64,000 nucleotides of DNA from Nostoc sp. DedSLP01 (GTDB taxonomy: Bacteria > Cyanobacteriota > Cyanobacteriia > Cyanobacteriales > Nostocaceae), in NCBI GenBank assembly GCA_034530875.2, contig JAVRCJ020000010.1:179505-243504 (forward strand), in the 5' to 3' direction. A program made the translations under genes and the position numbers. Under the pieces are notes generated by a model. It saw only the letters and a program-made list of their open reading frames with translations, did no database searches and was not told the DNA's origin. Of the stretch, positions 1 to 10,100 are shown one piece after another. How positions within the stretch are numbered: the stretch's first letter is position 1; every line of letters starts with the position of its first letter.

Positions 1-2839
1 CGCCAACTCCATACTCATCGATAAAAACTAACCAGCAGGTATTTTTTTCAATTGCTTGTAATAATTCAATTGGTGTAGATTGTTTCCAAATTGGGATATA
101 AAACCAATCGCTGATATTTGGGTTTTTACCTAATGATTTTGGCGGTATTGTTGATAACGCAGTATCAGAATTAGCCTCAATCCAATAACGTTGGCGCTCA
201 AAAGGATAAGTAGGCAAAGAAATATGTCTGCGTTGTTCGTGGGTATAAAAACCTGCCCAATTTATTGGCAATCCTGTTAACCAAAGCCGAGAGAGAGTAT
301 TCAGCAAAAATGCCACATCAGAAATTTGCTCTTGAGGATGCCGTAAAGAAGTTAGTACTAGATTTTGCGAACTTAACTGTCGTTTGGCTAGAGTAGTTAA
401 CGTGCGTCCCGGGCCAACTTCTAAAAATATTCGCTCTGGTTGTTGCAGTAGTTCGGCAACTCCCTCGCTAAATAATACCGATTGCCGTAAATGTTGAGCA
501 TAGTAGTTAGGGTCAGTTGCTTGCTCTGCTGTAATCCAAGTCCCTGTAACATTAGAAATAAAAGGAATTTGGGGTGGTTTCAAATTGGCTTCTCTAACGT
601 GTCGGACAAATGGTTCTAAAATCGGCTCCATCATTTGAGAATGGAAAGCATGAGATGTATGCAAGCGACGGCAATCTATACCTTTTTCAATCAAATAATT
701 TTGTAATGTTTCTATCGCTTCTGTAGCACCGGAAACCACACACAGAGACGGTGCATTACTCGCTGCTAAAGAAAGTTCTGAACCCAACATTGGCTGTATT
801 TCTCGAGCAGAAATCGAAACAGAAAGCATCGATCCAGATTCGAGTTTTTGCATTAATTGTCCGCGAATTGCGACTAAAGTTAGTGCTTCTTCTAAAGAAA
901 AAATACCCGAAATACAAGCCGCTACATACTCGCCGATACTGTGACCAATCATCGCTTGTGGATGCACGCCCCACGACATCCAAAGTTTAGCCAGAGCATA
1001 TTCAATTACAAATAATGCAGGTTGTGTTAAAGAAGTTTGTTGGAGCTTTTTGCCTGTAGTTTCTAATGTTGTAGTGTAAAGTATATCTCTAATATCTAAC
1101 TTTAAATGCGCTTTTAAAAATTCACAACAATCATCAACTTGTTGCCGAAAGATTGCTTCTGTTTCATATAATTCCCGTCCCATATTTACATACTGCGCTC
1201 CCTGTCCGGGAAACATAAATACAATTGGATGGTTACGGGTTTCTGAGCAACTGTTAAAAATGCCTTGTTTATCTGGTGCTGTTAGTATTTTTATAGCGTC
1301 TGAAATATCTTGGCACAACAACACTCGACGGTGATTAAAACTTTGGCGACCAACTTGCAAAGTATAAGCTACATCAGCAAGATTTAAATCTGGATGCTTT
1401 TGTAGATGATTAGCGAGGTTTTCTGTAGCAGTTTCTAGTGCTGTATTCGTCTTAGCTGAAAGTATCAATTGCTGATACTTTCTTCCCTGCTCCTGTGCTT
1501 TGCTACTCCCCTGCTGCGTTGGAGCTTCTTCTAATATTACATGGGCATTAGTACCGCCAATCCCAAAAGAGCTAACTCCTGCGCGTCTAGGATATTTATC
1601 TGCTTTCCATTCCGAAAGTTTATTGTTGATATAAAAAGGACTGTTGGCAAAATCAATTTGAGGATTTGGTTGCTCAAAATGCAAGCTGGGAGGAATTTGT
1701 TTGTGTTTCAGAGCTAAGACTGTTTTAATTAAACCTGCAACGCCAGCAGCAGCATCCAAGTGTCCGATATTTGTTTTTAAAGAACCAATCGCACAGAAAT
1801 TTTTCTTTTTTGTACTGCTTTGAAATGCTTGGGTTAGTGCAGCAACTTCAATCGGATCTCCTAAAGAAGTTCCTGTTCCGTGTGCTTCAATATAAGTTAT
1901 TGTTTCTGGTTCCACTTCTGCAACAATTTGAGCCGTTTTGATAACTTTAGCTTGACCTTCTATGCGGGGTGCTGTGTAGCTAACTTTGTTTGAACCGTCA
2001 TTATTGATAGCAGAACCTTTAATAACAGCATGAATAGAATCTCCGTCGTTTAGACTATCTTCTAATCTTTTCAAAACAACGATTCCTACACCTTCTCCAC
2101 TCACAGTTCCCCGTGCTTTAGCATCAAAGGCGCGGCAATGTCCGTCAGGAGAATTAATACCTCCTTCGTTATAAAGATAGCCAGTTTTTCTGAATGCACT
2201 GATGGAAATACCGCCAACCAAAGCCATATCGCATTCACCATTGAGCAAACTTTGGCAGGCTAAATGTACGGCTACTAATGAGGTCGAGCAAGCTGTTTGA
2301 ACTGTATAACTAGGCCCTGTTAAATTAAGTTTATAAGAAGTACGCGTAGCCAGGTAATCTTTATCACCTGCGATTACTATCTGACGTTCGTCTGTTGAAT
2401 TTCTAATATTTTGATTCAAATAAATGTTTAGTAAATAACCGCTTAAGTTTGCACCAGCAAAAACACCTATAGTACCATTGTATGTTTCGGAATTATACCC
2501 AGCTTTTTCTAATGCTTCCCAAGCACATTCTAAAAAAATTCTGTGTTGGGGATCGGTCATTTCTGCATCTCTAGGATTGAAACCAAAAAAGGCAGCATCA
2601 AAAAGCTCTACATCTTCTAAAACAGCATTGGCTTTGACATAATTGGGATTAGTAAGAAGCGCTGCATCTACTCCTGATGCCAATAATTCTTCGTCACTGA
2701 AAAAAGAAATTGATTCTACGCCATTTTGGAGATTATGCCAAAATTCATCAAGATTTTTTGCCCCAGGAAATCTTCCTGTTAATCCAATAATTGCGATTTC
2801 TGAACCGTTATGAGGATATGTTTCGGTTGGGATATTCAT
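1..2839 (-). CDS. Type I modular PKS (KS-AT, continuing into a probable KR region; truncated by the left window edge)
   Basis: Not in the ORF track because the stop lies outside the window. Manual translation from ATG 2839 gives MNIPTETYPHNGSEIAIIGLTGRFPGAK. KS motifs TACSTSL, HGTGT and KTNIGHLDAAAG are present, as are AT motifs GHSIGE and HAFHS (malonyl-type) and the post-AT LPTYPFERQRYW. The frame still reads at position 1 (TCWLVFIDEYGVG). Confidence 0.93.
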   Translation of the reverse strand, partial: MNIPTETYPHNGSEIAIIGLTGRFPGAKNLDEFWHNLQNGVESISFFSDEELLASGVDAALLTNPNYVKANAVLEDVELFDAAFFGFNPRDAEMTDPQHRIFLECAWEALEKAGYNSETYNGTIGVFAGANLSGYLLNIYLNQNIRNSTDERQIVIAGDKDYLATRTSYKLNLTGPSYTVQTACSTSLVAVHLACQSLLNGECDMALVGGISISAFRKTGYLYNEGGINSPDGHCRAFDAKARGTVSGEGVGIVVLKRLEDSLNDGDSIHAVIKGSAINNDGSNKVSYTAPRIEGQAKVIKTAQIVAEVEPETITYIEAHGTGTSLGDPIEVAALTQAFQSSTKKKNFCAIGSLKTNIGHLDAAAGVAGLIKTVLALKHKQIPPSLHFEQPNPQIDFANSPFYINNKLSEWKADKYPRRAGVSSFGIGGTNAHVILEEAPTQQGSSKAQEQGRKYQQLILSAKTNTALETATENLANHLQKHPDLNLADVAYTLQVGRQSFNHRRVLLCQDISDAIKILTAPDKQGIFNSCSETRNHPIVFMFPGQGAQYVNMGRELYETEAIFRQQVDDCCEFLKAHLKLDIRDILYTTTLETTGKKLQQTSLTQPALFVIEYALAKLWMSWGVHPQAMIGHSIGEYVAACISGIFSLEEALTLVAIRGQLMQKLESGSMLSVSISAREIQPMLGSELSLAASNAPSLCVVSGATEAIETLQNYLIEKGIDCRRLHTSHAFHSQMMEPILEPFVRHVREANLKPPQIPFISNVTGTWITAEQATDPNYYAQHLRQSVLFSEGVAELLQQPERIFLEVGPGRTLTTLAKRQLSSQNLVLTSLRHPQEQISDVAFLLNTLSRLWLTGLPINWAGFYTHEQRRHISLPTYPFERQRYWIEANSDTALSTIPPKSLGKNPNISDWFYIPIWKQSTPIELLQAIEKNTCWLVFIDEYGVG

Positions 2840-2853
2840 GACTTATTAATTCT

Positions 2854-5800
2854 TTAATTATTTTCAAATAATTTTATTTTTTGCAAACGTTTTCTCTGTT
2901 GCGCTTTCCCAGATAAAATTTTCTCTGTTTCGATATCACTGTCTTGTAAAGGTACGGTTTTATTTGCAGATGAACTTAAATATTCTGCTAAAGAATTGAT
3001 GGTGGGATATCTAAACAAATCAAGAGTTGATAGTTCTGCCTTTAATATTTCCTGTAACTGGCTGTGAACTGTAACTAAAAGTAATGAATGACCGCCAATT
3101 TCAAAGAAATTATCATGAATGCCTATCTTTTCAAGATTCAAAGCTTGCTGCCAAACAGAGGCTATTGTTTTTTCAATCTCAGTTTGTGGAACCGCATAAG
3201 CAACTTCTAATTCTGGGCGTAGACCATTCGGAATTGGCAATGCTCGACGATCTACTTTGCCATTGGATGTGAGTGGAAACGCTTCTAATATCATAAATGC
3301 TGTTGGCATCATGTGGTCAAGCAATTTATTTTGTAAGAAGCGTCGCAATTCAGAAATTGTTAGTGTTTTGTCTGAATGAAGAGTTATATAAGCGATTAAA
3401 TTTTGATTTCCTGGCTTATCCTCCCGCACGATCGCCACACTTGCAGATACAGATGGATGCTGATTGATAACTCCTTCAATTTCTCCTAATTCAACACGGA
3501 AACCTCGGATTTTTATTTGGTTGTCAATTCTCCCGATATATTCAATATCTCCACTTGCTAGAAAGCGAACTAAATCGCCTGTTTTGTAAAGGCGATCGCC
3601 TTCTTGTTTGCTAAATGGATTGGGAATAAATTTTAAAGCTGTTAATTCAGGTTGATTCAAATAACCCCTAGCTAATCCCAGTCCACCAATGTGCAATTCA
3701 CCTACTACACCTGTTGGTACTGGTTGTAAGTATTTGTCTAAAATGTACAACTGAGTATTAGCGATGGGTTTACCAATGGGTATGGAACCTAAAGTATATT
3801 TCCCGACTGGAACTTCATAAATACAGCAGCCTACCACCGTTTCTGTAGGGCCGTATTCGTTGATTAACATCGTATCTGGGGCTACATCTTGCCAGAAAGT
3901 TATACTTTCAGCTAATAAGTTTTCTCCACCAATAATAAAAGCTCTAGTTTTATTTGCTATCTCTTCTTGAGATAACTGTTGTTTCAACAAATCTAAGTGC
4001 GCGGGCGTGATTTTCACCAAGCTTAAATTCGAGCTTTTCTTTAAAGCTTGAGAAAGTGTTTCAATTCCTTGTTCTTCTGGTAATAATTCTGCTGTGCGGC
4101 CAACTAATAAAGGCGATAACAAACTGGTAATTGTTAAGTCAAAACCCAGAGGTGAATGAACTACAGTTCCTACTCCTTGTTCTACTGCATATCTTTGGGT
4201 AGCCCAAGTGAGGTAATTAACTAATCCTTGATGAGGAATCAGAGTTCCTTTCGGTTTGCCAGTAGAACCGGAAGTGTAAATAATATAAGCTAAATTTAAC
4301 TCGGTTGTTGTAGTAATTAAATTCTCAATTTTTTGTTGACTTATAGCTTGCCAATCGCTATCGATACAAATGGCTTTAATTTCATTTGTAGCGAAATCTG
4401 CCATTAAACGCTGTTGAGTCAGCAGGATTGGTATTTGAGAATCATTGATAATAAAAGCTTTTCTTTCTGAAGGATAGCTTGGGTCAATTGGTATGTATGC
4501 ACCGCCAGCTTTCAAGATGCCTAAAAGTGCAATTAACATTAAAGGCGATCGCTCTAGACAAATCCCCACCATAACATCTGGTTTTATGCCTAATTGCTGT
4601 AGGTAATGCGCTAGCTGGTTAGCACGAGTGTTTAATTCTTGGTAGGTTAGTTGCTGATTTTGATAAATAACAGCAATGTTATCTGAGGTGCGATCGCATT
4701 GAGCTTCAAACCAATGATGAATGCATTTATATTGTAGCTCTGATGTTTGAGTATTATTAAATGCAATTAACAGTTGTTCTCGCTCTTGTTCGCTGAGTAT
4801 ATCCAACCGCGAAATCTCTACAGAGGGATTGTCAATAACACTGAGTAACAAACTTTGCCACTGACTTGCTAAACGTTGAATATCTTCTTTATGGAAATGT
4901 TTGGCATCATAGTGAAATTCTACTTGAACTAAATCATTTTGTCTGCGAACACAAGAAAGCTTTAGTTTAAATCTGTCAAAGCAGACGTAAGATTGATAAA
5001 TTGAAAATGCTACTTGATGAGCAGAATAATTAGTAACTGTTTCCTCAAACTCATAACAAAATGGTAAAACTAGCTCTTCTATATTATCTTTAGCTGTTTT
5101 GGCAAATACGTTCCAACTAAAGCTATCTTGCCATTTCAGTGTTTCATCTGTTAACTCTTTAACCTGCACTAAGCGATCGCTAAATGTATAATTATCTTTC
5201 AGGTCAGAAACAAGCGGTAAATATTTGCTAAATAAACCTAGTGCTGTTTTTAATTCTTCATAGCTGCGACCATCACAGCCTACACCTATAATTAACTTTG
5301 ATTGACCAGTAAGACGCCAAAGTAAAATTTGCCAACAAGTAAGGAAAAAGATATCTATTGAGACTTGGGATTTTTGGATAATTTCTTCAATTTTAGTAAG
5401 TAAATTTTTGGGAATCGCTAAGCTAATAACTTGAGGTTCAAATTCTGATTCTTCAGAAAAGCAATTCTCAAAAGCAAGCTTTAAATTATCCAGAGTTGAA
5501 AAATCTACTTTCTGCCAGTATTTTGTTCTGGTTGTAGTTTCTTCTGCCTCCAGTAATTCATTTTGCCAGGTAGCAATATCAGCATATTGTAGTGGTTCTT
5601 CATCTATTTCTATTTCTATATTTTGTAAGCAGGCAGTATAATATTGGCTAATTTCAGTAACTATATTTTTGAATGTTTTAAAATCCGTACACAGAGATGG
5701 CAAATTTATAAATAAAATATACTTATTTGCTGAAAAATTTACTAAAACTATCTTTAATAAGTGATTTTCGCCTAATTTAGATGACTCTTGCCTGATTTTA

Positions 5801-6108
5801 TCGAAAAGGGTTTCTATCTCTATATTGTGAGGAGATTGACTTTCTAAATCATACTCATTTAAAAAAACATTAGTATGATTATTTATTACCTGAATAGGGA
5901 TTTTTAACCCAGGTTGGCGATAAAAACTTGTGCGAAGAACTTCGTTCCTAGCAATAATTTTATCTAACGCTTGTTTCAATATATCTACTTGTAAATTTCC
6001 CTCAATGAGAATACCACATTGATTTCGATAGAAATTACCACCTTGCTGTACTAACCAAAGGCGCTTTTGTTGAGGAGATAGTGGGAAACCCTGAATTTTT
6101 TCTTGCAT
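2854..6108 (-). CDS. NRPS: degenerate C ('interface') domain - A (Asn-type code) - PCP
   Basis: The C-like domain has NLPSLCTDF in place of HHxxxDG. A-domain cores YTSGSTGKPKG, YGPTE and YKTGD are present; the hand-read code DLTKIGEVGK is Asn-like. PCP motif is GGHSL. Confidence 0.92.
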   Translation of the reverse strand: MQEKIQGFPLSPQQKRLWLVQQGGNFYRNQCGILIEGNLQVDILKQALDKIIARNEVLRTSFYRQPGLKIPIQVINNHTNVFLNEYDLESQSPHNIEIETLFDKIRQESSKLGENHLLKIVLVNFSANKYILFINLPSLCTDFKTFKNIVTEISQYYTACLQNIEIEIDEEPLQYADIATWQNELLEAEETTTRTKYWQKVDFSTLDNLKLAFENCFSEESEFEPQVISLAIPKNLLTKIEEIIQKSQVSIDIFFLTCWQILLWRLTGQSKLIIGVGCDGRSYEELKTALGLFSKYLPLVSDLKDNYTFSDRLVQVKELTDETLKWQDSFSWNVFAKTAKDNIEELVLPFCYEFEETVTNYSAHQVAFSIYQSYVCFDRFKLKLSCVRRQNDLVQVEFHYDAKHFHKEDIQRLASQWQSLLLSVIDNPSVEISRLDILSEQEREQLLIAFNNTQTSELQYKCIHHWFEAQCDRTSDNIAVIYQNQQLTYQELNTRANQLAHYLQQLGIKPDVMVGICLERSPLMLIALLGILKAGGAYIPIDPSYPSERKAFIINDSQIPILLTQQRLMADFATNEIKAICIDSDWQAISQQKIENLITTTTELNLAYIIYTSGSTGKPKGTLIPHQGLVNYLTWATQRYAVEQGVGTVVHSPLGFDLTITSLLSPLLVGRTAELLPEEQGIETLSQALKKSSNLSLVKITPAHLDLLKQQLSQEEIANKTRAFIIGGENLLAESITFWQDVAPDTMLINEYGPTETVVGCCIYEVPVGKYTLGSIPIGKPIANTQLYILDKYLQPVPTGVVGELHIGGLGLARGYLNQPELTALKFIPNPFSKQEGDRLYKTGDLVRFLASGDIEYIGRIDNQIKIRGFRVELGEIEGVINQHPSVSASVAIVREDKPGNQNLIAYITLHSDKTLTISELRRFLQNKLLDHMMPTAFMILEAFPLTSNGKVDRRALPIPNGLRPELEVAYAVPQTEIEKTIASVWQQALNLEKIGIHDNFFEIGGHSLLLVTVHSQLQEILKAELSTLDLFRYPTINSLAEYLSSSANKTVPLQDSDIETEKILSGKAQQRKRLQKIKLFENN

Positions 6109-6135
6109 TTTTTCTATCCAAGCCTATACAAAATC

Positions 6136-7194
6136 TTAATTTTTACTAAAACTTTTCAGTTCGCCCATCGCAACAAAAAGCTTACGTTCTCCCACATAAG
6201 GATTGCGGGCATGAGCAGTTAATACGTTATCTAGTAATAATATGTCTCCTTGTTTCCAAGGAAAACATACTTCTAATTTCTGATATACTTCACAAATTTC
6301 TTGCATTGTAGAGTCTGAAATTATAGTACCATCACCGTAATAACAATTGCGTGGTAAATCTTCTTCTTTAAAAGTTGACACTAGCGATTCGCGGATTTGT
6401 GTTTCTAAACAAGCTAAATGCCAATGTTGGGCTTGATTAAACCAAGAAAGTTCGCCTGTTTGAGGATGTTTAACTACAGCTGGGCGAATAGAAATAGTTC
6501 TTAAGCCACCATCTTTTCTCCATTCAAAATCTATGAAATTATTTCGACAAATATTTTCTACCTGTGCTTTGCTTTGAGTTTGAAAAACTGTTTGCCAGTC
6601 AAGCCCTAACCCATTTCTATAATTACGGACATACATAACTTGTTTTTCAACAAATTGTTCCCTAATTTTGGGTTTTATCAGTTGAAATACTTTACGACTA
6701 TCAACTATTGGAGTTTCTCCTCCTTGCTGTGCGGGTTGACAACAGCCGAACAAAATTTTTGCAGGCCATCGATGGTTAAAAGAATTTTCGTTGTGCCACA
6801 ACAACTTCTTATCAGCAGGATAAAAAACAGGAGTATAAACTTGACCGCTGAGAGTTTCGCGGGGATGTTCGCCATTTTCTTTAAATAATTCCGAGCAAAC
6901 GGCTAAAGAAAATCTTTCAAATGCAGCTGCTGTAGTAATATTAAATCCTTTAAAAAGGATAGCACCATATTTAATTAAATTTGTATCTATAAATTCTCGA
7001 TTTGCTTGCGCCCAATCTGCAATATCAACATCTGATACAGATGGTTTGATAACCAACGGTAGGGTTTGCTCGTCTCCAAATTTATCTATTTTGATTAATT
7101 CAGATTCTAAATTAATAGATTTTCTACTAATTTTATGGAATTTTTCCTTGAAATTAGAATTGTTGATTTTTATTTCTTTCATTTTATTATTCAA
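6136..7194 (-). CDS. TauD/SyrP-family Fe(II)/2OG dioxygenase, probable PCP-bound Asx beta-hydroxylase
   Basis: H-x-E motif (LWHNENS) and distal His (LTAHARNPY), with GGETP and WFNQAQHWH motifs. It lies between an NRPS ending in a C domain and an NRPS starting with an interface domain. Confidence 0.88.
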   Translation of the reverse strand: MNNKMKEIKINNSNFKEKFHKISRKSINLESELIKIDKFGDEQTLPLVIKPSVSDVDIADWAQANREFIDTNLIKYGAILFKGFNITTAAAFERFSLAVCSELFKENGEHPRETLSGQVYTPVFYPADKKLLWHNENSFNHRWPAKILFGCCQPAQQGGETPIVDSRKVFQLIKPKIREQFVEKQVMYVRNYRNGLGLDWQTVFQTQSKAQVENICRNNFIDFEWRKDGGLRTISIRPAVVKHPQTGELSWFNQAQHWHLACLETQIRESLVSTFKEEDLPRNCYYGDGTIISDSTMQEICEVYQKLEVCFPWKQGDILLLDNVLTAHARNPYVGERKLFVAMGELKSFSKN

Positions 7195-10100
7195 CTTCAG
7201 TTACTATCTCAATTACTTTTCGCTTAACTCTACTTAATTTTTGTTGATGTTTCTCTTTTCGCTTTTCTTCTTGATTCAACTGATATTCTTTATCTGCTTT
7301 GATAATAATTTTTTCTAGTTCGTTTAAATTTATATGAGGATTAGCAACAATTTGAGACAAGATTAGCTCAAAATTATTTACTAATCGGCTTGTGCTACTA
7401 GCATCAAATAAATCTTTGTTATATTTCAATAACCCAACTATTCCTTGCTCTGTATCGTTTAATTCTAGAAGTAGATCGAATCTTGTTACCGTATTTTCTA
7501 AAACATCCAAACTAGTCAAAGTCAAATCTGAAAGTACCAAAGGATGTGTAGGAGTATTTTGGAGGATAAATTTAACCTGAAATAAAGGAGTTTGGCTGAA
7601 GTCTCTTTTAGGATTAAGAGCAGTAACTAGTTGTTCAAATGGTAAATCTTGGTGAGTATATGCTTCTAGGCAAACTTTACGTATGTGTTGCAAAAAATCG
7701 GTAAAATTAGGGTTGCCGTATAAGCTACTACGTAACACTAATTGATTAACAAAAAAACCAATTAAACTCTCTATTTCTATTTGATTTCGGTTAGCTATAT
7801 CAGTACCAACAACAATATCTTTATCACCTGTATACCAAGATAATAAAACTTTAAACGTTCCAAGTAACGTCATAAATAACGTCGTACCTAGACTGTTACT
7901 TAGCTTTTTAATTTCTTGGGATAATGTGTGAGACAGTATTAAAGTTTGTCTCCCTTCCAGAAATGTTTTCGCTTCGCCAACTTGAGGAATTGTAGGTAAT
8001 TGTAAAACTGGTAAATTCTCTCCTAATTGTTTTTTCCAATATGTAACTAAGGTATCCAATAACTCACCCTGTAAGTACTTTCTTTGCCAAGCGGCAAAGT
8101 CTGCATACTGGATATTTATCTCTGGAAGCGGTGAAGGCAGATCGTGAGAAAAAGCTTCATAAAGTGCTGACAGTTCTCGAATAAGTACTCCTTCTGACCA
8201 GCCATCAAAGATAATATGATGCATAGTCACTAATAAAATATGTTTCCTAGCTTCCAAGCGTAAAAGAGTTAGCCTTAACAATGGAGCTTGTGTTAAATCA
8301 AACGGTTGTTGGTAATTTGCTAGTCTTATAGCTTGTATTTGTGTTTCATGCTCGCTGTCAGGTAAATGTCCTAAATCTACTATTGTTAGGGGTATCTTTA
8401 AAGCAGAAGCAATGATTTGGGCCGGTTGACCATTTACAATCTGTAAGGATGTTCGTAAAATTTCATGTCTGCGTACTATTTCATTAATACTTTTCTCTAA
8501 AGCTTTGACATTGAGTAAGCCTTCTAACAGCACTGCACTAGAACCATTGTAAATATATGATTTTGGATCTAGTTGATGTAAAAACCACAATCTCTGCTGT
8601 GCAAAAGATAGCGGTAATTCTATCTCTCGGGAAACTCGTTCAATTGGTGGCAGTGAATTAAATATTAACTGTTTATCTTCGATATTTTTGGATAATTTTG
8701 CTATTGTCGGCGATTCAAAAATTCGGCGCAACGGTAACTCGATATCAAAATTTTTATTAATCCGAGATATAACTTGGGTTGCTAAGAGTGAGTGTCCGCC
8801 CAATTCAAAAAAGTTGTCGTTGATTCCTAACTTTTCTAAGTCAAGTACTTGCATCCAAATCATCGCCAGTTGTTTTTCGATGGCGGTTTGAGGTGCAACA
8901 AAGTTGTCTGCAAATTCTGAAAGTATTGTATCAAGCGCAGGTAGGGCTTTTCGGTCTACTTTACCATTTGGTGTAAGTGGAAGTGTTTCTAAGATGACAA
9001 AATTTGTTGGCATCATGTAGCTTGGCAACTTTGACTCCAAAAAGCTACGGACTTGTGAAATTATTAATTTTTGTTCGTTTTCAGCAACTAAATAAGCGAC
9101 TATTCTTTGAGAATCTACTGCATCTTTGCGTACTATAACTACAGCTTGTTGAACTCCAGAGTGTTGGTTGAGGAGTGCTTCAATTTCTTGTAATTCAATA
9201 CGAAAACCACGAACTTTGACTTGATTATCAATACGACCGATATATTCGATTTCTCCATTTGGTAAATAGCGGGCTAAATCTCCTGTTTTATACAAACGCC
9301 CAGGTTTTTGACTAAATGGATTTGGTATAAAATTCTGTGCCGTCAACTGTGGACGGTTAAAATAACCTCGTGCAAGTCCATCCCCACCAATATGCAATTG
9401 ACCTGGTACACCCACAGGAACCAACCGATCGTATTCGTCTAAAATGTAAAATTGCGTATTAGCGATCGCACCACTAATCGATATAGTCCTATTGTCAGTT
9501 TCTACCTGAGATGCTGCCGACCAAATAGTAGTTTCTGTGGGGCCGTACATATTCCACAAAGACCCACACCGATGCAATAATTGATTGGCTAACTGTTCAG
9601 GTAAAGCTTCTCCACCACAAAGAATTTTTAATTCCTCGTTACCACTCCAGCCTGCTGTTAAAAGTAGTTGCCAAGTCGCCGGTGTTGCTTGCATAACTGT
9701 CGCTTTGGAATCAGTTATTTTTGCAGACAATTCAATTCCATCAGCAGCTACTTCGCGGCTCACAATTACCACACGACCACCAACTATGATTGGTAGAAAA
9801 AGTTCTAACGCTGCAATATCAAAGGAATATGTTGTAACTGCAACTAATGTATCTTCCTGAGTTAAACCTGGCGTTTCTTTCATGGAGTACAAAAAGTTGC
9901 TTAAAGCACTGTGAGGAATTTGTACGCCTTTTGGTTTGCCTGTTGAACCAGAGGTATAGATGACATAAGCTAGGTTGTCAAGAGAAAGTTTGGATAATAA
10001 ATTCTCTTGATTTTCTTGGGCAATGTTGTGCCAATCTGCATCTAAACAAATGATTTTAGCTTCATTGTGTGGTATTGCTCCTAAAAGTGATGTTTGAGTT

